Positions 8,701 through 16,800 of a stretch of 64,000 nucleotides of DNA are shown here, piece by piece. Source of the DNA: a virus; the IMG/VR virus record IMGVR_UViG_3300020176_000011, positions 16,085 to 80,084 of that record; one strand, written 5' to 3'. Position numbers and translations under genes: made by a program. Numbering within the stretch: the first letter of the stretch is position 1; each line of letters starts with the position of its first letter. The notes beneath the pieces were generated by a model that saw only the letters and a program-made list of their open reading frames with translations, made no database searches and was not told the DNA's origin.

Positions 8701-11477
8701 GGTACGCTGTTGATGTCGTAGTTGTTAGTGACCGCCCGGATAGCAACCAGTACAGCACGAGCAGCAGTGCCGCCGTTATCGACCGCATTCATCACTCCTG
8801 TGTATTCGAACCGCTCTTCCGTCGTCTCGACCGTGCGCAGCGTCACACCAGTCGACGGATTACGGAACTTCACTTCGTAATGGGAGAAGTTGGCCGGGCT
8901 GCTTCGATCCCAGATCAGGGTCATGTCCTGACCCAGCCACGCTCCACCTTCGAAACGGATGTTCGAGACGTCGGCCACGCCGCTCGGGTTTGCTACGGCC
9001 GGATCGGTGAGATCGACGCGATAGCCAACGACCGGGCTCTTGTCTCCGTTCATGCCCGTGGCACGGACCCAGAATGAATAGGCACCGACCGGCTGGTTGA
9101 CCAGCTGGAACTCGGTTGCGCCACTGCTGCTCAGCTGCTGCGGAACTCCACCGTTGAAGGACATCTCCAAGGTGTAAGCCTTGATCAGCTGGTTGTTCAC
9201 TCGATCCCACTGCACATCCAGATCGACCACGTCGTCGTGATAGGTCGGAATGACACGAAGATTGGTCGGAGACGAAACAGTCCGCAGCTGAAGGTTGCTG
9301 TACTCAATGACACCTTCAGCCTTCAGATTGTCGATCTGATACCACTTGTTGCGGTTGATCTCGATGGCCTCGACGCTGATCTCGTCGGGATTATCCTGCG
9401 ATGTCTCCACGTTGAGAATGCGGAACGGCTTCGGCAGACCGATGCCGAGGCTGTTGTACTGCTCCAGAGAGAAGGCCGCCTTCTCGGGAAGAGCAGGCAA
9501 CGGCTCATTGAAGTTGAGAGTGTAGACGTCACCAGTCGTGCCGCTGACCACCGTGCGGTTGATCATCAGGAACTTGAACGTCGAGTTGTCGGGATACGCC
9601 GGGTTCGGGATCGAGAAGCGGGCGGTGTAGACGATGCCCGCTTCCAGATAGACCGGATCGCGCAACGTCGCACTGCGCCTGTCAGTCGACACATCCTTGA
9701 GACGACCGCTGAGGCCGTAGCCGAGATCGGGGTCGGCGAGCAGCGCAACGTCGAACGGCTGCAGGTACTGGCCCAGTCGCGGCAGCTTGAACTTGACGAC
9801 CAGGTTCTCGGTCGTGGCCGTGATCAGGCGATACATCGCACGACGCATTGCCTCCTGCGCATTGTTCGCGCCAACCGCAATGATGTCCGTCGAGATGGTG
9901 CCATACTCGGAGATATGTTCCGGAATAGTCAGCGTCCGGAAGTCCGTCGTGTAGAGCAGATCCTCGTTCGTGAACGACACCGTGATGTAGTTGTACCGGG
10001 TCGACACGTCAGTATAGCTGTACTCGAACGTTCCGTTGACCGTGTTCTCGGGAACGATCAAGTGAGTGGCAGGATCATCCTTGTCGACGCGCAGGTACGC
10101 GGTGCCATTACCGTCATCGAGCAAGACGCCGTTGAAGCTACCAGCAATGTAGCGAGCCATGTCCATGGCAGGACGCGGTTCGCTGATCACCGTGTTGAGC
10201 GTGTAGCGCGGCTGAGTTCCACCCTTGCCATCCGGCACCATGGTGTCGCACCACTTCGCGACCTCATAGCAATCGAACTTGTCCATCGTCATCGGATTGA
10301 ACGAGCTGAGGCCCCAGTCATCGTTCGTCACGACTTCGTACAGACACCACACCGGGTTGTTGGTGTAGGCGATCTTGAAGGTACCGTCCCAAGTGCCGCT
10401 GTAGGTTCGAGCTTCCGGATCGTAGTTCACCGGGACGCGCACCATCATACAGTCGTAGATGCCCGAGAAATCGGGCAGCGACGAGAACTGATCGGTGGCT
10501 TGAGCTGTGGCATGCACGAAAGCCAGATCGTCCAGACGGAGAGCGGCCGAGGTGATTTCCTGGAAGCTCTCCAGGTTGATGATCGCCTTGTTGACCTGAT
10601 CGCCGTTGGTGTACTCGGTGTCCGACAGCATCGTGACGCGGATCACATACGGCACATTCGACGGCTGCACCGGCACTCGATAGACCTTGGACGCCTGCTG
10701 CTGTGTCTTGCCGTAGAACTGGATCGTGTCGACGATGCCCGGCGAGGACGGAGCCGGTTCGTCAATAGAACCGCCGCCGATCTTTCGGGTCATCAACGTA
10801 CCCGCCGAATTCCGATAGAACGCAGGAACGTAGGCCGAGTCCGGCTGGTCCGACCGCTTGATCTCAACCTTCACGTCAGCGGAATGATTGTAATTGCCGC
10901 TCTTGTTCTGGCTGTACAGCTGCGAGATGATGAAGCGGAACTGCAGGAAGTTGACGTAGGGATTGTTCGTCCGACGCCATCCCTTGTCCGTCCACAACCA
11001 ATAGCCGTTTGCCCGAGTCGTACCAGCGTTGGCGACATAGTAGACTTCGCCAATGAAGTTGCCTTGGGTCGGCAGATCGTCGACATGAACAACGTTCGCA
11101 CTGACAGTACCCTGTCGAACAACCGGCAGGTTCTTCGACAGGTTGACGTTCACCTGATGCGAAATAGCAGCGCCGGTCTGCGACAGCACGACGGTGTTGT
11201 TGATACCGTCGCCATCATAGAGATCGAGATTGAAGTTGTTGAAGTTCGGAACACCGTCCGGAGACATGAGCGGAGTGTCGCCGACATAGAAGTTCTTGGC
11301 ACTCTTGTCCTTGAGGCCCTTGAAACGTCCCTGGCCCAAGCCCAGCACGAACTCAAGATGGTCCGTCGACCGGATGTTGTCCGGCGTGTTGGTGATCTGC
11401 TGCTGCTGGTACTGCTGCTGTTGCTGGGGTTCACCACCACCAAAGCCGCGTCCAGAGATTTTCGGGAGCTTTTTCAC
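5799..11477 (-). CDS. Central tail tip / host-specificity protein J with FN3-like repeats
   Basis: 1892 aa; YSGTWDGTFKIAYTNNPVWCLY and WCDTMVPDGKGGTQPRYTLN motifs of the lambda gpJ family; repeated W...Y.V.VRA.D FN3 units; ITAGTITADRI repeats. Confidence 0.92.
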   Translation of the reverse strand: MKKLPKISGRGFGGGEPQQQQQYQQQQITNTPDNIRSTDHLEFVLGLGQGRFKGLKDKSAKNFYVGDTPLMSPDGVPNFNNFNLDLYDGDGINNTVVLSQTGAAISHQVNVNLSKNLPVVRQGTVSANVVHVDDLPTQGNFIGEVYYVANAGTTRANGYWLWTDKGWRRTNNPYVNFLQFRFIISQLYSQNKSGNYNHSADVKVEIKRSDQPDSAYVPAFYRNSAGTLMTRKIGGGSIDEPAPSSPGIVDTIQFYGKTQQQASKVYRVPVQPSNVPYVIRVTMLSDTEYTNGDQVNKAIINLESFQEITSAALRLDDLAFVHATAQATDQFSSLPDFSGIYDCMMVRVPVNYDPEARTYSGTWDGTFKIAYTNNPVWCLYEVVTNDDWGLSSFNPMTMDKFDCYEVAKWCDTMVPDGKGGTQPRYTLNTVISEPRPAMDMARYIAGSFNGVLLDDGNGTAYLRVDKDDPATHLIVPENTVNGTFEYSYTDVSTRYNYITVSFTNEDLLYTTDFRTLTIPEHISEYGTISTDIIAVGANNAQEAMRRAMYRLITATTENLVVKFKLPRLGQYLQPFDVALLADPDLGYGLSGRLKDVSTDRRSATLRDPVYLEAGIVYTARFSIPNPAYPDNSTFKFLMINRTVVSGTTGDVYTLNFNEPLPALPEKAAFSLEQYNSLGIGLPKPFRILNVETSQDNPDEISVEAIEINRNKWYQIDNLKAEGVIEYSNLQLRTVSSPTNLRVIPTYHDDVVDLDVQWDRVNNQLIKAYTLEMSFNGGVPQQLSSSGATEFQLVNQPVGAYSFWVRATGMNGDKSPVVGYRVDLTDPAVANPSGVADVSNIRFEGGAWLGQDMTLIWDRSSPANFSHYEVKFRNPSTGVTLRTVETTEERFEYTGVMNAVDNGGTAARAVLVAIRAVTNNYDINSVPQASPGVSFLAHNPAPAAPRRVVPTWVEGGLRLEFDTPTDADWLNTHVWVDTDHSWTSLDTPTYILSGNPILVPELDRSKNYFIHLAHNDQFGRNLIPSEEIAIISGVPNAPTNPNISAVRKKIGDVSAKTVITATWTPSTTPELTDHYVVQIRTGPSADWKDYVTKEVMLTDIRYSAPMSDAYQMRVKAVSRASIDSDWSSIVNCNFTDDTTGPGDPTGLVVKGGYESLYFDWKNPLDEDFAGVEIYVGLTSTRPASPTDTGNKNSYVMTGLPLSAQRWFWLRAYDYSGNFGNYVGPVNGIAVPLPTLDTVPGAPAQITGLSLSSAAAIMPDGTTQTTLSATWTAAPEADFLRYDIEIREATGNSSQFQSDTNVFKWIVKPNTTYYVKVRAADIALQKGLFSTEANHTTAKDTVAPGSVSGFTVLAGFENLWLNWTNPTDADLAYVEVWEATVNDRSLATLIGKPTGTSFIKQGLAGGSTRYYWLRAVDTSANTSGYFPVSSTAGTSGTTLNINSGTQIANGVITTAHITVNTLNGDRIQTNTLDAGKITAGSILAGTILVGSGGPTLSTILSNAALGASDPGTRINAGSTQIDPGKILISGGVSLANWRNGTDATKIEGGSIAANTISANKITLGARGIDIQGIEVQAIPTTNIMSWTAGNITYVNDAGTATTVAVTGGSNTWSSGVVYLCWNKGVGNLDLTTNINDAYSPNTIIIATYRGGSDLVVNYGRTIVDGSDIVTGTITGDRLWAGEVISLTAQIKDAIITNAKVADLSVGKLTSGTIGAQTITLVDSKFVIDGTLQRMTIKDALGGTRVQLGALSGGGYGIRVSDAAGTTIMDAGGVNGAMITAATITDAQIATGTITSAKIASLDAAKITTGTMDAARITAGTITADRITIGGVTTDRIDPGAVTNAGSYYSTSDIYDGTPGTTIATVTMTTQGGIVNITGYLQFAYTVYTDIYAYW

Positions 11478-12181
11478 GGGTAACTCTCAGACGGAACGTT
11501 GGCGGCGGAACCGTCCTCGGGAATATCCGGGTCGGTGGTGACGACGACAGGAGTCAAGGCAGTGTCGACACCATCGGTGGAGTCGATGTTGAACGAGAGG
11601 TAGTGACCGGAGATCTTGTTCTGACCGAACGCGATGTTGACACGGGTGCCAGACTTCACGGTATTCTTGGGAGAGCCAAGGTATCGCGAGGAACTCGGGT
11701 CCGCAGTCGTCGTGAACGTCGTGTCCTGATTGGCCGTGTTGTCCGGTGCGGGTGCTGCGATCAGCGATAGTAAGCCGCCCAAGATTAGGGCCGCTCCCAT
11801 TCCGTAGAGCATACCGGCCATCTGCGTAGCGATCAGCGAGGCACCGGCCGCCGCGCCGAAGCCAGTCCACCACGTCACAGCGATGATCAGGATGCCGACG
11901 ACGATCATCAGGATCGACATCAGGCCGCCCTTGCCGCCGCCACCCAAGATGGACGGAACGAGATGCACCTCGACGTCGTCCTCACGGATCTTGAGCAGAT
12001 CGTCCGGAGTGCGCGCGTTCGTGCCGCTGTAAACGATGCGGTCCTGGCCCGGAATCGGTCGGAGAACATGCTTCATCTGATTGCTGAATGCCTTGATGGC
12101 TTCAGCAACCGTCTCGACGGCGAACGACAACGGCCCCGGAACGAGGTGCGCTTGCGGTCCATGGAGATGAATGGTGATCAT
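11474..12181 (-). CDS. Tail assembly protein I (ubiquitin-like)
   Basis: MITIHLHG...TVAEAIKA...VHLVPSILGGGG followed by a hydrophobic segment, as in lambda gpI. Confidence 0.85.
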   Translation of the reverse strand: MITIHLHGPQAHLVPGPLSFAVETVAEAIKAFSNQMKHVLRPIPGQDRIVYSGTNARTPDDLLKIREDDVEVHLVPSILGGGGKGGLMSILMIVVGILIIAVTWWTGFGAAAGASLIATQMAGMLYGMGAALILGGLLSLIAAPAPDNTANQDTTFTTTADPSSSRYLGSPKNTVKSGTRVNIAFGQNKISGHYLSFNIDSTDGVDTALTPVVVTTDPDIPEDGSAANVPSESYP

Positions 12182-12498
12182 ATGTCTTCGACAACCCGTT
12201 TGCCGTCGAGCTTGTAGCACTTCACACCGTCACTGCCAACGATGTAATGCTTCAGATGAGGCCAGTTCTGGAAGCAGACGTAGTCGGCACCGCTGGGATA
12301 GGACGTGGTGTCGACGTGCGTGTGCCAGGTTGCAGCCATGGTATCGAGGTGCGTGATGATGTCCTGTGCATCAATGTCGAAAGCTGCTTCAGGTCGAGGA
12401 CTTTGGTTCTTCACCTCGACTATCGTCCCGTCCTTCAGGATGAACCCGCACCGCTCCTCTGGCCCCTGCCTCTTCTCCGTGAGTTCGCTGATATTCAT
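12178..12498 (-). CDS. JAB/MPN metalloprotease (gpK N-domain-like)
   Basis: EERCGFIL ... WHTH ... PSGAD JAMM motif. Confidence 0.85.
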   Translation of the reverse strand: MNISELTEKRQGPEERCGFILKDGTIVEVKNQSPRPEAAFDIDAQDIITHLDTMAATWHTHVDTTSYPSGADYVCFQNWPHLKHYIVGSDGVKCYKLDGKRVVEDI

Positions 12499-12967
12499 TG
12501 TAGATCCTCTTGAAATGCGGCGGCAGCAGGGTACCAATATCAACCTTCTCTTCGTATTGCTTCAGGTTTTCGACTACCTGCGGATGACGAAGTGTCGCGA
12601 CCGTGTACTTCTTCCAGATACCCTTGTAGGGCTCGGTGATCGACAGACGTCCCTGGGGATGATGGAAGATCTCATTGCCACCGACATAGACCGCTGCGTG
12701 CGTCGCGACCGACGACTGGATGCTGATGAGGAAGCCGTCGCCTACTTTTAGGTCATGCATCGGCACATCATCGAGAAGGCGGAATCCTTCTCGATGAAAA
12801 TTCTGCATGTATAGATCGACACCGACCTCGCCATGGTCAACCGGCCGGATGTAGTTGGGCAGAATGATCCCACCCACATCCCGGTACCAATCCTGCATCG
12901 CGGTGTAGCAGTCGGCCGTCTCCCACTTATAGGGACGGCCCTCCAGATGGGCGTGACGCGATTTCAT
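12389..12967 (-). CDS. NlpC/P60 tail protein (gpK C-domain-like)
   Basis: GRPYKWETADCY ... HAAVYVGGNEIFHH. Confidence 0.88.
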   Translation of the reverse strand: MKSRHAHLEGRPYKWETADCYTAMQDWYRDVGGIILPNYIRPVDHGEVGVDLYMQNFHREGFRLLDDVPMHDLKVGDGFLISIQSSVATHAAVYVGGNEIFHHPQGRLSITEPYKGIWKKYTVATLRHPQVVENLKQYEEKVDIGTLLPPHFKRIYNEYQRTHGEEAGARGAVRVHPEGRDDSRGEEPKSST

Positions 12968-13452
12968 TGCAGGGACACCGTGGGGAAGTCGGGCGGAACG
13001 TACTGACGACGTGGCATGGTGAAGTTGGGTCCGTCAAGCAAATTACGCAGCTCGACGGTCAGCGTGCCTCGCAGGAACGAGGTGACGCGACCAATGTACC
13101 ACGTCTTCTGTTCGAAGATCGGCAGATCGGCGTCGAGGTTTGCCTTGAGGATTCGCTTCCGCTTCACGATGGATTTCTCCAGGATGCGGGTGACCACGAA
13201 CGAGGCAAAGACGTTCTCGGGATTGAAGATCGTCAGCGGAGGACGCGACACTTCTTCATCCGAACTCTGCTTCTCGGCACCGAGAAGAATCGGAGTGGCG
13301 TCGTAGCTGTGGCCCTGCCAGGTCACGTTCATGGTCGACGAGAGGTAGATGGTCCCTTGGTTCTTTCGCAGGACCACTTCCCACAGATCGACTTGAGCGT
13401 CGGCCGTGAGTAGCTGGGCGTCTTTCAGATGCTCAATAGGAACAGTGGTCAC
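12964..13452 (-). CDS. Minor tail protein L-like
   Basis: VTWQGHSYDATPI...RPPLTIFN...MPRRQ; synteny after M. Confidence 0.75.
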   Translation of the reverse strand: MTTVPIEHLKDAQLLTADAQVDLWEVVLRKNQGTIYLSSTMNVTWQGHSYDATPILLGAEKQSSDEEVSRPPLTIFNPENVFASFVVTRILEKSIVKRKRILKANLDADLPIFEQKTWYIGRVTSFLRGTLTVELRNLLDGPNFTMPRRQYVPPDFPTVSLQ

Positions 13453-13835
13453 GATATCACCTCGATCAAGTTGACCTCGAACGGCTTCACCGAACCATTA
13501 CCACCAACGTGCCCATCCGGCCACTTGAAAGGATCGGCAAATCGAACTTCCTTGTTGCCTTCCAGTTCATGTGGATAAATGAACACCTCGTGGGTGCCAT
13601 GGTCCCGGTAGAACTTGTCGAGCAGCAAGAAGTTGATCACCGGCATGGTGATCAAGTCGGCTGTCCCATCCGTGTTCTGGAAGATCTTCATCGACTCGAA
13701 CGACAGGATGAACTTGCGCTGGAACGGACCCGTTGGGCGTGATGCGAACACGTAGCTCTTACCGAGCTGAATGTTCGGAGCAGTCGGCGGATACTCGACG
13801 CGCATACGATGGTAGGGGAAGTTGAAGGTGTCCAT
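13449..13835 (-). CDS. Distal/minor tail protein M-like
   Basis: Directly follows the tape measure gene; MDTFNF start and size match gpM. Confidence 0.7.
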   Translation of the reverse strand: MDTFNFPYHRMRVEYPPTAPNIQLGKSYVFASRPTGPFQRKFILSFESMKIFQNTDGTADLITMPVINFLLLDKFYRDHGTHEVFIYPHELEGNKEVRFADPFKWPDGHVGGNGSVKPFEVNLIEVIS

Positions 13836-16800
13836 TAGCCACGTCCATTCACAACAGACTTGATCAGTACACGAGTCTGACCACCGCGCACAATGTCGCT
13901 GTTCACGATGGCGATGATGTCCTTCGCACTCGGAGGCGGCGGCTGCTGACCCTGCGGCACGATCCAGACGTTCGTGACGTTCTGCTCACCGTCCTTCTTC
14001 TGCATCCGGTCAGCAGTACGCTGGTCAGCCATTTCGTTGCCGAAGTCGCCCACCGCGCTCATCGGCTCGCTGATCCGGCGGTTACCCAGGCTGTTGATCT
14101 CGTCCAAGGTACGACGACCGATAGCCCGAGCAGCTGCACGACGCAGCACGTACTCACCCGGCATCAGCGTGGCCGGAACCATGTCTCGGTTCTGACCACC
14201 GCCAGCAAACCGCTTGCGACGGACGCTGCCACCCGACTTGTAGGTTTCACCGGTACCCGAGCCGACACCATCGCCAGTCGTGACCGAACCACCGCCCGAC
14301 ATCATCGAGCCGAAGCCCGGCAGCAGGAACCGCATAGCCATCTTGAGGGCCATCATCGCGACCATCTGCACCATCATCTGGAGCAGGGAACGAATGACCG
14401 ACCGCGCCATGTCGCCGAACGCCTGACCGACCGACTTCGTGCCATCGATCAGCGACATGAAGGCATCAGTGAAACCGCTGGAGACGGTGTTCAGCATCTG
14501 AGGCACGCGCTCAGCGATCTGCGTCAGGCCATCCTGGAACAGCTTGTTCTGGATTTCCCAAGCCTTCACACCCGTGCTGAGCTGTTCGAAGAACGTCGGC
14601 TTGGGCTTCGGCTGGGTCTGAGCATCCTGTTCGATCTTCAGCTTCTGAAGAGAGGTAGCCGTGCTATCAATCTGCTGACGGTACTTCTCCATCTCGCCAT
14701 CGGCGCTCTGAAGCTGCTGCTTGATCGCAGCCAAAGCATTGCTGTTCACCGTGTTGCCACCAGCAACACCTTCCAGAGCAGCCTTCTCCTTCGTCAGAGC
14801 AGCGACCAGCTCTTCCGCCTTCTGCAGACCCATCTGCTGATTGACCAGCAGGGTCTGAGCAGCCTCGATCTTCAGCTGACGAACAGCGTTCTCGACGTTC
14901 GCAGCCTTCTCGAACTGATCGACTTCCTTGTAGGCGGTCGTGAAGCTGTTGCGATTGACCGGTGCGTCGTAGGCCTTGACGCTCTGGTCGAACCGGAACT
15001 GGATGTTCTCCGCTTCCTGATTGGCGTTGGCAAACGCCTTCTCGATCTGGCGGAAGTTCTGAGCCAACTTCTTCAGCTCGACTTGGAAGTCAGCGAGCAT
15101 CTGCTTCATCTCGCGGGACAGTTCTTCCTGACCAGCGGACATACCCTTTGCGTCGATGCGATTACGGAAGCCCTTGAGAGCCTCACGACCAGAGGTCGTG
15201 ACAGCATCCATCTGCCCCTGCATCTGCTTGATGATTTCAGGGTCATCCAAGTTCTGACCACTCGCGGTGAAGGACGCGATGATCATACGAATCTGCATGC
15301 TGATCAGCTGCTCGGTCAGCGTCGCGATCTGATCGAAGATCTTTTCGCGCTGCTCCTTGCTCATCGTCCGGCCGAGCATACCCGTCAGCGCACTCATGTT
15401 CGAGTTGATCTGCGCATGAATGCTGTCGATCATCACCTTGGAGGTTTCCAACTCCATACGGATGATGTCCTGCGACGCCTTCTTCCGACGCTCGAACGCC
15501 TCCTCAGCGAACTTCGCACGGTCGGCCTCAAGCTCAGCTTCCTGCTGAACGATCAGATCCTTCTTCTCGTCAGCCTGCTGCGCCGTCTTGAGTGCATCAC
15601 GATCCTTCTGGAACAGCTTCTCCTTCGTCTCGTAATACTTGGCCTGCAGACGCTCCAGCTCCTGGTTCGACTGCTCGATACGGCCAACGTCGCTGTACTG
15701 CTTGGCGCGACGCTTCTCCGTCTCGATCTGAACCTGAATGGTCTTCATCTCGCTCTGGAGACGAGCCTTCTGAACCTTGTCCACTTCCTCGCGCGCAGTG
15801 TTCAAATCACCGGTCACCAGACCAGTGGTTTCGTTCATGCCGCGCTCGATGTTCTTCTTGTAGGCTAGTTCGGCGACACGCTTCTGCTCACCCGACAGCG
15901 TCGAGAGATACTGCTGGAACATACCGTCGATGAAGTTGCGAACCTCATTGACTTCCTTCTGCATCTCATCGGCGATGCCCTTCTTCTCACCGACCGGTGC
16001 GCTCTTCAGCTTGTCGCGCATTTCGGTGATGTGAACTCGAGACGCATTAACCGCATTCTCCATCGTCGAGTAGATGGTCTTCTGCAGTTCGATCAGTTCA
16101 TCACGCTGGCCAGTGGTGCTTTCGAGATCGCGACCCTTCGACCGCTTCTCCAGTTCGTTGGCCGCCCACTCGCGTGCCCGCTTGAGGATCAGGTTGCCAA
16201 GGTTGCGGTTGTCCTCGTTCGTGAACGTATCGCCAGGATTGGCGACGTCCGAATCCTTCAGCTTCTTCAGACGGTCGATAGCGTCCTGAGCCTTTGCAAT
16301 CTGAGCAATGGTCTTATCGAGATCGTTACCGATCATCGAATCCATCAGCGACTTCGTCTCGGGCATCACACCCTTGATGTTGTCGAGAGCGCCACGAGCC
16401 TGGCTGTCCTGAGAACCTTCCTTGAAGCGGTTCATCTGGAACTGACGCGACATCTCGCGACGCACAGCAGCCGGGGTTTTGCTGTCATTCTGGATCAGCG
16501 TGTTGAGGCTGTTCTCGCTCGACAGTTCAGCCGCACGCTTCTCGAACGCTTCACGTTCAGCCTTGAGTGCGCCAATCTTATCGTTCAGCGACAGGGTCTG
16601 CAGACCGCGCGAAGTGCTGCGCAGCTTCTCCAAAGCCGACACGAGTTCATTCACATTCGTGACGGTCTTCGGAAGCTCCAGACCAAGATCAGCAAAGCGC
16701 GTCTTGAGGTTCAGCGTCTCGGTGGCGAGCGCGCCGCTGTTCTCGTTCAAGCTGCTGTACTTCGACAGCAGATCGTTGATGGCCTTGTCGATGGCCATCT

